NCBI GenBank assembly: GCA_013115125.1
Contig: JABANN010000029.1
Span: 62,001 to 119,599 of the forward strand
Length of the DNA stretch: 57,599 nucleotides
Reading direction: 5' to 3'
Origin: Perkinsus olseni
Lineage: Eukaryota
Positions 25,421 through 37,082 of this stretch are shown one piece after another; the first letter of the stretch is position 1; the number at the start of each line of letters is the position of its first letter. Made by a program: the position numbers and the translations under genes. The notes below the pieces were generated by a model, which was not told the DNA's origin, did no database searches, and was given only the letters and a program-made list of their open reading frames with translations.

Positions 25421-26843
25421 CTAAGAGAAAAACTGCGCAGCTCCTCCGTCTAGGACGATGATGGGGTCTGCGGGAGTGCCGTCTTCTCCCTAAGAAAGCA
25501 CAGGGAAATCAGGGGTTCGTGGATAGAGAAGAATCACCCCTGTGCATCGCTCCGCCCACGTCCTGAACAATACACCGCAGCCACTAGATTCCTCCCAGAT
25601 CTCAGTTCTGAGACGATCGCCAGGAATCACCGGCTTGGTAAACCTGCAGCGGAAACCTGAGAAAAAAACCCAGATAAACATGATTCTCTGGATGGTGAGT
25701 TGAACTCACTCTTCAGCCGCTGCCCGTCGCCCTCCAAACACGCGTTGATAACATGCCTTGCTGCGAAGCCTAGCGTACAGAGTCCATGAAGGATAGGCTG
25801 CTCAAAACCGTAACACTGAAAGAAACACTCGGATAGCAACTCATCCTCGGTTAGTGATGTGGCCAGGACGGCTCACCTTGGCAGTGGCGGGGTCGACATG
25901 AAGGGGATTGTAGTCCCCACTCAACCTGTAGAGATCCGCCTGGTTAAGGCCTGAGACAAGAGAATGCCAATTCCTCGACAACGGCGGCAGCAGCAGCCCA
26001 CTTGTCTGTTCCGTGATAGTGTGGTCGGGCTGTTGATCATCTGGAACGGCAACCTTGATCTTGCTAGCACTCCCAGCCGCGGTCAAGTCCGACTTGCCGA
26101 GGAAAAACAACGAGTTGGTCAAACGCAGCACCCTGGAAAGATAGCAAGCGTGCAATGAGGTATGGGCGGTGAACATCCGGAGCCGGCCGGAGCGGACACT
26201 CACTCATCGCCGGCAAGCTCATCCACGATGAGAGTCTCAGTCTCCACAAGGAGCTGAAGTGCGGAACCGATGCAGACAAGTCAGAACTGCGTTAGAGCCT
26301 ACCCCCGCCTTCTTCGGTGTGAGAGCAGTGAATCTGGTCTTCATTCCCCACTTGTCCGATACCGACACCCTGACTGGCAGCGGGCCTTTGAGGACCTCCA
26401 TGCTGCGCTCGGCGTCGATGATCACTTTCCCTAAGTAGGAGTTCTCAGAGTGGGATTGAGAGAAGACAAGAATCAGAACACCGGGGGAACGGCCCAACCT
26501 TCCTAACGCCGACGAAGTACCTTTGAATATGTCCAGATCCATGAGCAACTGAGGGGGCGGGAACGGCAGCGTCTTTGACGATTCATCCCCTTTAAAGGTC
26601 GTGGCTGAGATCATCACCACACTATCACTACGCCAGCCTGCACTCGGCCCACCCACCAAAAATCATTGTAGGGAGAACAGCAAAGTCAGGATGATTCTCG
26701 TAGACATATTTCCTTTCACTCGCTCCCACTCCCAGAGCGTAGAGGATCGCGTCCTTCTCTGTATAAGCGATCGGAGTAGTCGGGAAAAAGCCAGCCTCAA
26801 CGAGATCCTCGGCAGAGCTGAACGGAGGCGATGACTCACACAT
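25421..26843 (-). CDS. MaoC-like (R)-specific enoyl-CoA hydratase 2 (stand-alone MFE-2 hydratase-type)
   Basis: YTEKDAILYALGVGA, YENHPDFAVLPT, hydratase-2 motif YRLSGDYNPLHVDP, PILHGLCTLG and FTKPVIPGD. Confidence 0.9.
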
Positions 26844-27056
26844 TTCCTCGAGAAGGGAGGCTGGGAAGAAGAACCTTCATGCAAGAAACGGAGATCGACC
26901 GGCTACCTAAAGCCCTATATTGGTTGACACTAAACCCAAGGTAACTCGTCATTGAGCAAACTGTAGTTGGTGAATGATGAAAAAGTAACAGCTCAAATTT
27001 ATCCACTCCCTTCTACAACCTTGGACTCTCTAGAGTACTACGCACTGGCATGAACC

Positions 27057-29757
27057 TCAGGCAAAAGTCGTCCAGCCACCCTTCGCCCCCTGCTGCTGAA
27101 ACAAGCACCATGTGGTGCGCCTACTCCCTCCCAGTTCAGTGCTCACCATTGGATCGCCGAGTCTCCGAACAGTCACCACAGGGGAGGCCTGCTTTGCTGG
27201 AATGCCCTTCCTCGGGTCCACGGGCGAGTGAGGAGTCCCGGCAGCACCTACAAGTGGTTGCTTCAGCTTAACTCGCCGGGCAGCACTATTATCACCTTGA
27301 CTTGCCACCACACCCTTAGAGGAATCAGGTATCTTCGGAGCACTACCAGTGGTGTCCTGCCACTGCTTGACGCTGATCGAGGTGATATCCTTAGAAACCT
27401 CATGACGCTGTTCCCAAGTCCTCAGCCGCTCCGCTCTCACCGATGCCTGCAGCACACATACCACAACTCCCTCGACCACGTTCAGACGCTCTCACCAAGT
27501 TGGCTCGCTCCTTCTCCAAGGCCCCTATAAGCATAGTCCTATCTTGCTCAGCTTGTCTCTGTCTCTCCAACCACACTGCGTTCTGCGACTGAAGGTCCTC
27601 CTGATCAGGCGATACGCTTCTTCACTTCACCACCCGCACGTGGATGCTTCTACACTACTCACCTTCTGCCTGTTGATTCTGTCAATCTGTCCCCTGAGAT
27701 CCTGAATCTTGGCATCAGCGCTATTAACCTTATCCTTCTCAGACCGTACCGCGGCCACTACGTCCGCCGAGTCCGTGGCGAGTGGCTCACCTATATACAA
27801 CGTCGCCTCATAGCAACTCCTTCCCAAACGGTAATACCACCCTCCTGGATTGCCAGCTGCCTCACGTCGTTGATTTCCTTCACAGCCTCATCAAGCTGCT
27901 TCTTAGTGGAAAGCACAGCTGTCTGTTGGCCTTCCAAAGCAGCAGTCACATCGGTGTACTGCAACAGCAGACTTCTACTTTGAAAATTGTGGTCTCGACT
28001 GAGATTCACCTTCTTATCCAAGTCCCTCTTCTTGCTTCGGAGCTCCTCTAGCCTAGCCCTTGCTTCATTGAGCATTCGATCAACATCTTGCTTCCTCGCC
28101 AGCTGCCTAGCAAGCTCCGCCCGCTGATCTCGGAACTGAGAAGAACGGCAGTAGTAACAGAGCGCAGCATGATGCTGATTGCCATACGTCCTGCTCCAGT
28201 TCAGGACTTGCGGCATCACCCTCGCCGTACTTGTCCTCGGTGTCCAGCTTGGCTTTGGACCCAAAACCTGACCACCGAAGGCAACTAACGACCCCTACTC
28301 GTACACTTTTCTCATATCACCTATATCATTGGAGGAACCGTCCATCTTGTAGGAGCCGGCCAATGAGGGCCTAGCGTACGCGTTCTGTTGTTGGTTCTGG
28401 CCCAGGGCGGGAGAGGTGGCAGGGACGCTCTCTGATAAAGTGATATCGCGCTAACCCGCGGGTGCTATGCCTCATACCTTGCTTGGCCTCCTGTTCCATG
28501 GGACTGGAAGACTCTGTCTCGTGGCTCTGAGGCAGTATCCCTGTGCTCATAGGACGGCCCAAGGTGACCTCTGATGGCGGCATCTCAGGTGGTGTCGTTA
28601 GAATTGCCTTCAAGGCAGGCGGAAGCTCTACGATAAATCACAATGGGTTCAACGACCCAGTACTCGCCACCGTTCTACTATCAGGCATCTTGTATCCTTC
28701 CCGAGCCCTCGATATGAGATGCATAGCCACTAAGAACTCGCTATAAGACAACTTGCCATCTCTGTCCTTATCAGCAAGATCCTAAAAGGGGGGGCCAACC
28801 GTCCCTACCGATCCATGGCTAACACTCCCTAGTACCCAAATGTTGGACAGCTCCTTCTGATCAACGTGACTTTTCGTCATAAAATTCTTCGCTGCCAGGC
28901 CGCCGACGAAACCATCCTTGGCCAGCGAACGGAAGACTTCAGTGTACTTCTGCAAGTGCTTGCCTGAATGACACGGGTGTACAGCCGCTCGGCCCAACTC
29001 CCAGCCCTACGTGTGAGCTGCCAAATTGGACTGAGGCTGCTCTCCACTGCACCACCCGGCGCAGCCTTAGACCGCTTGATTGTGCGCTCATCGGCTTCTA
29101 TGCCCTCGAAAACAGGGAGGACAGGAGGTTCCATCTGAAGCCGACAAGTACCAGCCCAACACGGGCGGCCCAGCTTATACTACATTCAATAGCTGTGGTG
29201 TGATAACGACGACGCCCGACTGAGCATGAGCCACCAATCGGCACGCCTTGTAGAAACTAAGAGGAGTACACCGATAACTCATCGGGCGACTCGTTACGTT
29301 CGACCTACTCAAAAGGGCTCAGGCTGCCCATATCATCGCTGTCTGCTAGGTTCCATATATCGTGGAGAGTCTTTCGAGCGAGCTTCGACTTGGCCAAGAA
29401 GTCAGCCGCCTCGCTTCCACTGAGCCTGGTCTTTCCTGATTTGTTCGCCACTCGGAACAGCATAGGGTAACTAAGGAAACCAAGATGCAACTTGACCAAT
29501 TTTGCATCCTGCATGGGCGGCATAAGATCCCCAGGTACTCACAATGCATCCTCTTGCGGTGATAATGACATCTGTGGCGCCGTTAACCCGGTCCCAATGA
29601 AGCCGCTAGGCACGGCGGCCATGGACGGAACAGCGGCGGCGGAATGGTACACACCTGTATGCGTCGATTCGGGCGAAGCGGCGGTCCTGGCCTTGGCTTT
29701 ACCTTGAACTGGCTGCCCGTTGGGGTACAGCTGTGAGTTCTGCACCGACGAGTACAT
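27057..29757 (-). CDS. EH-domain endocytic adaptor (EPS15-like): two EH domains plus coiled coil
   Basis: LSGSEAADFLAKSKLARKTLHDIWNLADSD and DGFVGGLAAKNFMTKSHVDQKELSNIWDLADKDRDGKLSYSEFLVAMHLI; downstream heptad-rich exons. Confidence 0.85.
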
Positions 29758-29814
29758 ATCAAAAACTGAGCCGCGGATGCAATTGTAAAGGGAGTGCGTC
29801 GCGCGGAATAACAA

Positions 29815-29851
29815 TGGCGGTCCCGGGGTTCGAACTCGGGACCTCTAAATT
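29815..29851 (-). other. tRNA-like 3' half (T arm/B-box and acceptor-like end) with no recognisable 5' half
   Basis: Minus strand reads AATTTAGAGGTCCCGAGTTCGAACCCCGGGACCGCCA; the T stem has one mismatch and no matching D arm was found nearby. Confidence 0.3.
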
Positions 29852-30246
29852 GACGCGTGCGTGCTGTGCGTGCTGCCTCGGATCCAACGCGCATAGGGCG
29901 CGCCTTATAGTTGGACGATTTGCCTTGTTATCCCATCGACTGCTCTCTGCTATTCGCAGGTATGGTGTGGACTCACTCCAGGCGGTGGTAGGCTGTCGAT
30001 AGGAGACCCGTGGCTCAGCAGTCTCGCTCGGGAAGGCGTCCTTCGGGTCCTGCGTCGTGTAACTCTGTGGCATCGGTAGTTGAGGGTGGGCGGAGACTAA
30101 TGGCGGCCGGGAACTCGAGAGAGTGTAGTAGCTTGTGGACATGGCTGGCTATCCCGATGGCGGACTGGTCTTGATGCAGAAACCGCTAGGCAGCACGGTT
30201 AGAGGCTCCATCAGGCTTTCAATTTTTGACTCTGCAAGACTATCAA

Positions 30247-31830
30247 ATGATTCTACCGGTGCAGCCCCCGTCCATCGGCGATGCAGCTCTGTTTAAGTTC
30301 GAGACGCTGATAGACTCACCTGCTGCCATAAAGCTGAGGGCCATGACCAGTCTCCGCAGTGAGCTCAACTCCCATCTTGTCAATAGGCATCCCCCCAGCG
30401 ATGTTCAGAAGTAGGCTCCCCTCACGCGGCCTCTCGAGTGGATCGTGCCTTCCCTTCAGTGCCTGTGTCGATTACATCAACGACCTGTTGGCCCTGGCTG
30501 AGGTGTCTAAGACTGTGCCATTCAAAAGGAAGTACACCATCAGATGGAGGTCCGGACTTACTCCTGAAGTGGTGGTAGAGCCTAGCGAGGAGAAGACATC
30601 GACTCAGGCCATCGGTATAGATGTCACTATGGTAACGTTGATGGCCGTAGTTACTGCATACAGCATGCCCGCTGTCAGACCTTATTCGTATACGCCTGCT
30701 CCCTTCTAGAGCAAGCAGCCCAACGCTTCGTCGTGGACTCGAGAAGTGGCGAGATTCTGACGACCGGCCTTGATGAAGTATGCCCGAGGCTCGAGAGGGA
30801 ACTTGATGCCATTGATACCTATGCAGGTAGCTAAGATATGCAGCAAGGCCTCCACGGCCTTCCAGACCTGCCGGGACACCCTCACCACGATGACAGCTGC
30901 TATTCCTGAGTTGGACCCTAGGGTATGTTCATGCGCCGAAGCCGCCTGGAGCATGCCGCTCCTCATTGGAAGGTACTTGGAGGTTTATGCAGCTACAGTC
31001 ATTTGTGCGGCCAAATTTGCGCGTTCGAGCTGGCTGCAAGTCGTTCTGGGTCGAAGAATCTTCTCGCGAAGCTCGCCATGCAAGTAGATGCCGACGCCAG
31101 ACCAGTCCAGCAAACTCTCAAAGGTCAGCACAGAGTTTACTCACTATGCCAGTGATGGTAGTCAGACAGGTTCTGATGGACTTGGCCATCTCATCAATCA
31201 TGTTACCGTCATTGGCCCGATGTATCGAGCTCGAGCGAACACCCTGATGGCCTCTGCCGAGTTCGAAGTCGAACACTTCGGTGTTGCCAATGCCTGGGCG
31301 GACCGTGCCATGGCAGCCGTGAAGGAAACGGAAGCCGCACTGCAGCAGGTAGAAGGGCGTCAACCGGCCATGTGGGGGAATGTTGGCTGTAGGTGACGGT
31401 ACCGCATATGCGGCTTACTGTGGAGACCATCATCAGCAAAGTGAAGGTCGAGTGCGAGAAGATCATCAAAGAGAACCGGATGGTCTACTTCGAGCCGCCG
31501 CCGAAGGAGATGCCCTCTATTGTGCCTGTGAGCGCGATCAAGCGTACTCCACCAGGCGTGCCAGTCCGCGAGCTGCTCCAACTGTATAAGACGCCTGTGC
31601 CCTTCACCCCTGAGGAGTTCGTCCTGAATCGGCCTAACGTGTCGATGTCCTCCTCCGGAGATTCTGTATCCGACAAGTCGATTCAGCAGCTGTCGAGCAC
31701 TTCTGAGACCTTACCGCCTGTCCAGATCTTCCCCAATGCAAGCTCAGCTGCTATGTACGCCTCTGCCAACGGCAACTCACATAATGGCCATCCGACCGCG
31801 GGCGCCGTGCAGACTACCCCTACCCGTTGA
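30247..31830 (+). CDS. BRO1-domain protein (BROX/ALIX-related)
   Basis: Helical exons ending CEKIIKENRMVYFEPPP, resembling the BRO1 C-terminal KxNxxIYxExVP motif; Pro/Ser-rich tail. Confidence 0.6.
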
Positions 31831-32018
31831 ATTAGTCATCATCATTATCACCATCATTGTCATCACGGAATTAGAGCTGTTGATATGAGTAACTTCTGCA
31901 TCGGTATTGAAGCACACTGCGATACTTCTCGTACCAGTTTCATGTCGCTGCACTTGGTCGCGTTGGGCCGCACTGACCGGCAGAGGACGGCTCGGTGAGC
32001 AGTTTACTTTATTTTCAT

Positions 32019-33058
32019 ATGAACTCCCCCTCCGACATTGTCACCTTGAGCGTCGGGGGTAAAATCTATCAAATCACGAAGTCTACTTTGGACAAGTACC
32101 CTGACACTATGCTCTCGAGGATGGTCTCTGAGGACTGGATGGGGTTAAATGAGGAGTCCGATGATGATTGTGAGAGTGCTGAGGCGTGCGATACGCCGAC
32201 GCCCTCTGTCTTCATCGATCGAGATGGCACCCTTTTCGAATATATATTGAACTGGTATCGCAATGGGGAGATTTGCATCCCCTGGACTGTCAGCGAGGAG
32301 GCCGTCCGTCGTGAGGCGAGGTAGGCGCAGCCTTCACCGTGGCCGGCTTTGCACTTTCATCCTTCAGTTACTTCGCCCTACCTGATGATGTCCGTGTTGT
32401 ACGTGACACCATTCTGGTCAATGTTCGCGAGGCCGTTAGTTTGGTCCTCGACGATGTCCGCGAGAAGATAGCAAAATGCCAAGCCGATAAAGAGCGAGTT
32501 AACGCTCGTTACGTCAGTCGCCTCGCTGAGCTCCGAGAGGAGAAGAGGATGCTCAAGGCGCAGTGCGATGTTGATCAGAATCGCATTCGCCGGGATGCTA
32601 TGACGTTCGAGTTACTGCTGCCGATATTAACCCAGACTGCTGCTGTTATCTCGCCTGTGGTGGCTATCACCTGCAACCAAGTTAGTCGTCAGACTGTTAT
32701 CGACATTCGTAGCTCAACAAGGGAAGAGCTGGCGGAACTAGGAGACGTGCTGCTTGAGACGCTAGCGTCCTATGGCGTTCCTGCCAAGTCCATCAGGTGG
32801 GCAGCTCGTGGCTATGGTCTTTTGTAAGTATCTTCTCTCAGATTATGTCCGACCTTCATCGTCACCGAGTACTCGCGTTGCAGCATCTGTAGCCCAGCTG
32901 TCCCGTCTGCCGCTGGTGATACCTTTTCAAGACTAGTCCCCTGTTCAAGGCGACCTGCGGAGCCTTGGCAGCCTCACGTCTCTCCTGACGGCTTCGTTCG
33001 TTGGTGCGAGACTTGCTTCAACCGTTCCTACCCGATTGTTGTAGTTCAACTAGATTGA
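32019..33058 (+). CDS. BTB/POZ (T1/KCTD-type) protein with coiled coil and Cys-rich C-terminus
   Basis: IVTLSVGGKIYQITKSTLDKYPDTMLSRM and FIDRDGTLFEYILNWYRNG...REASYFAL. Confidence 0.85.
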
Positions 33059-33259
33059 TATTATTCACACATTCACTCTTTACTACCTCACAGCGGTATA
33101 TTACTGTAAGCCTGGTCTGTTTTACCGACCAGCAACAACAGCACTTCTTACTCTGCTTCGCTCCGTCGTGTTCGTAAGTCATGTTACACCTTTTAAGAAC
33201 TCGACTCTACACAATGCGACCTTCATGATATTTCGAAACAAAGCTCTTTAACATCCCCA

Positions 33260-35362
33260 TCACATCTTGGAGACTTGGGAAGACTTCAAAAAGACCTCAA
33301 CAACCTCAGCAGGAGAAAGTGACGTGTCGTCTGCCAGGGACGGATCAAACTTCGGTAGAACCTACGACGCAACTGGATGGAAATAGGCCCGACGGTGGTC
33401 ATCACATCAGGGGTGAACTTCATAGCTGCCCCTAGATCGCCCCTGATCTTCAATTTCCCCTGCATGAATGCTGCCTGGGGCTGGAGTTCGTCTCTGACCA
33501 GCGCCATGAAATTGGCGTCTATAAGCGAGATAGTGCAGGCACCGTCTGCTTCCTAACAGAGGGACGGGAATCGTATCATTTCCCCAAACCGGCGCATCAC
33601 ACGCCAACGGGTTTCGAGGGGACTCTCAGCTCACCTCAGCCTCGTAGCACTTGCCAGCACCGTCCTTCAAGTTCAACGTCCACTTCCTCGATTTACCGTC
33701 TCCAACCTTCTTGCCTTCGTAGATCTCGAAGGTGTAGGTAGTACCCAACTTCTTAACCAATGGACTACCGGGCTTACTGGGATGATCGAAGTACCTTGAG
33801 GGGCATCCCCCAGTCGCTCCTCAAGCCCTCTCGATCCTGGACCATGTAAAATACTCACGCTTTGATTATGTCGAATATCCTGGCAGCTTTCATAGTCGAT
33901 CCCGAAGCTTGGGGTTGAACAGCACTTGGTGGCGTCACGGCGTCGCCTCGGGTCTGCAGCCATGGACAGGATTTTTCCCCTCACGACAAGCCTTTACCAC
34001 CACACCACCTGCATGAGGCTCATCAGGGCCTCTCCCGAACTGTTGGGATACACGGCGTCTCGAGAAAAGTCGGCGATGGCCTTTTGGATGCCCTCATTGA
34101 GGAGATCCTCCGGCTGGAATGGCCATTTTACTGTGACGCCACGACTCCTGAGCAGGGCATCGGCAGAAGGCTATTGAAGGATTCCAACCTCTGCGTCAGG
34201 ACTTTGGCAAACCAGCCAGCTCCCGCTTCGAATACATCTCCACTGCCCTGGCATGAGTAACACTCGAAGAACGCACTCGGTCTGTGAGTGCTCCCACTTG
34301 ATAGGTCTCATGGCACATCGCCACGACCAATGGTGATACAAACTCAGGGGAGAGTTGGGACAACAAATCTGGCGGCATGACCGTTTCAGTCATCCTCGAC
34401 GCCGCCACTGGCACTATAACGTTACACAGAATACCTGAGAGAGCCCCTCATCCACAGGTTCCGAGTACGAGCTTTACCCCGCTTCTTCCCCTCCAAGGCC
34501 ATGGACTTTGTCATTCCAACTATCCCAGACTTGGCCATACTGTAGTTAACTTGCCCGTAATTGCCGTAGAGACCCGATGCGCCTGATGATTCACTTAAAG
34601 TGTAAGGACCCCTGGATAACTTACTCGAGACGTTGATGATTCTGCCATAGCCCTGCTTCAGCATGAAGGTCCAGGCGGCCTTGCTGCACTTGAAGACCCC
34701 ATTCAAATGCACATCCACTACGAGCTTCCAGTCCTCGTCAGTCATCTTCGCCAGCGAACGATCTCGCAAGATTCCTGTCAAGGGCTGAGCTGCGTATCTC
34801 TCAAGTTGCTTTGTACCGGCATTATTAATGAGGATGTCCACGCGGCCCCACTTGTCCACAGCGGACTTTATGATCGCGTCACCATCGGTCTGAGCGCACC
34901 ATCCAGCGGTCAGCCACGGGACACAATCTATTACCACAGAGTTGTAGTTCGCGATTGCTTCACCGCCAGCCGCAGTAATCTCCTCCACCACTTTATCAGC
35001 AGCACGACTGGACTGTCCGGAACCGTCGAATGTTCCACCGAGATCATTCACAACCACCTGGTCAGAAGGTAAATAAAGTTCGTAGCTACCGGTGCCTGCA
35101 TAATTCGAGGATGTTTACTTGTTCCCAACCTATAGAGACATTCAGAAATGTGATTCCTCCGATGAAATGTAATTTCGATCAATCACCTCCGAAGTTCAAG
35201 TTTGAATGGGTTGCGAGGAAGGTTGAGATTCTACAGCTCCCGGCGGAGCCCTACTACCTTACAACCCCTCTTGGCGAGATCTAAGGCGTACTGCCTGCCG
35301 AGCCCCCCACCAGCACCGGTCACTACGGCAACTCGGTCAGTGAAGGATAGCGGTTTGGCCAT
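33260..35362 (-). CDS. Peroxisomal 3-hydroxyacyl-CoA dehydrogenase (MFE-2/HSD17B4-type SDR) fused to SCP2, lacking the hydratase domain; ends in PTS1 SKM
   Basis: VAVVTGAGGGLGRQYA, VNDLGG, NNAGILRDRS and YGNYGQVNYSMAK; SCP2 motif LQPQAAFMQGKLKIRGDLGAAMK; last exon ends QVSKM-stop. Confidence 0.9.
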
Positions 35363-35454
35363 GATGATGGAAGGCTCACCACAAGCTGCCTGATAGAAAC
35401 ATTCTCTTCGAGCGTATGCTTGTAACGCGAACATGCCAGTTGGATTGGAAAACG

Positions 35455-36801
35455 TTATTCAGAATCATCGTCAGCTTCACCGGGGCGCAGTTTATCCGCT
35501 ATTCTTTCGGCTGCATCATGGTGGCCTGCCTTATGGAGGTACTTTACTGCGTTGCGAGCATCCTCTTGCTCCTTCATCGCTCGAACCTGAATTTCCAGTC
35601 CGTATCAGCCGTCCCAGGTCTCTCCAAGGAGATTCCCTACCAAGTCTCTGTCCTTTTTCATCTCATCAAAGGTCTGGCGTGTAATCACTTCGGTCCGGGC
35701 TGCCCTCAAAGACTGGATTTCTTGCCTGAGTCGCCAACGGTGCTCAAAGAGCAGCACCCCTAATACCCAATAGTACGCTCTGTTCCGTTCATCATCGAAG
35801 GTGATGTTGGTGTGATGCTTAGCATGCTTGGCCTTCTTTGCAGCCTGCCGAGCCTCCCAAGCCTCAATATCGTAGTACCTGTGAGGGAGTCTTCCCATTG
35901 ATTTGGAGCGATAGCCTCTGACTTTTTGCTGGGCATTGTTGCCGTGTTGTAGTCCTCTACGAAATCCTCGAACAGCTTCCTCTCTTCTACATGAGAGAGT
36001 GCTTCGATGTCAACGCCCCTCACTTCGACGAGCCAGGTAAGGAACTCCGCTCGCTTTTTATACTGGACATGGGAATTCGCTCGACCTCGGGCCTGTCCGA
36101 CCCTACCTGGTCCTCATTCCTGATGATACCATATTTTCCGTACTGCTCAGTGACGGCGCCAAGAGGAGCGTCTGCATTGAGAATGCTGAAACGGTTTCAG
36201 CGTACGGTGAAAGGCTACTCTTCTTTTCCTTTTTGGACTTCTTGTGATGATGCTTCTTTTTATGACGTCTCTTTGTCGGGGATGAATCGTCACTATAATC
36301 AGAGCCGCTGCTTGAGACCGAATGGGATCTGTAAGGCCCTTCAGCGAGAGTTGAATAAACGAAAGGTTCGCGCTCTCAGAATGTCCCAACAAAGACGCCC
36401 GTCGTAAAGATCAGGCTGTGAAGACTACAATTAGGAAAGCCCTCCGATGCCTACCGTCGTAAAGATCAGGCTGTGAAGACTACAATTAGGAAAGCCCTCC
36501 GATGCCTACCGTCGTCTCCGTTCTTGCTTCCTATCTTTCCTCGAGCCATCGCGTCGTCGATGGTCCTTCCTACTCCGCCTCTCCCGCGACCTGCTACGGG
36601 AGTAGGAGCTCCTACTCGAGACTGATTCGCTCTGAGGAGGTGCGGCAGTTTCCAGTCAGAAGTCAATACGCCACTTTTCAGAATAGCATCCAATCACGAT
36701 GTGGGCGTGCTTATTACTCTGGATCTAGACCGCGATCGATGCCTCCTCTTGCGTGAGGATGGCGACCGACTGCGATGCCGTACTCTATCTTCCCGGGACA
36801 T
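35455..36801 (-). CDS. RS/K-rich conserved uncharacterised protein, probably nuclear
   Basis: RS-rich N-terminus and KKHHHKK tract; conserved-looking core YGKYGII...WLVEVRG...LFEDFVEDYNTATMPSKKYYDIEAWE...FDDE. Confidence 0.7.
36399..36515. repeat. Perfect 55-bp tandem duplication bounded by 7-bp microhomology CCGTCGT
   Basis: 36399-36453 is identical to 36454-36508; CCGTCGT recurs at 36509-36515. Confidence 0.95.
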
Positions 36802-37082
36802 GCCTCGACAAGATCAACCCGAGTTACCCTGGCCGAAACGAAAGTAAGCCTCGGGGCGGGCGCTACTTCATGGGCGAGCGCTTTTCGCTTTACGCCATCT
36901 GTGGTCGGCGCAAGATCGAAGATCATCGAAGGTGATGGGAGTCCATGGAAGCCGTGAACGCCCGAAGGCCTTCACGAGTAAGGGCGACCGCTGCCCCGAC
37001 CGGGTGTCCTTCTTTGCGCTGCTCGATGTCGTCCCACCGTGTGGGAGTGTCGTTCAGGCGGCGGAGGTCACGTCGCGGTCAG

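Noticed and set aside
31836-31865. Imperfect (TCA)n tract
   Set aside because: Ordinary low-complexity 3' flank.
36399-36515. Repeat interpreted as a CRISPR array
   Set aside because: Two abutting identical units, no spacers, no cas genes, eukaryotic context.
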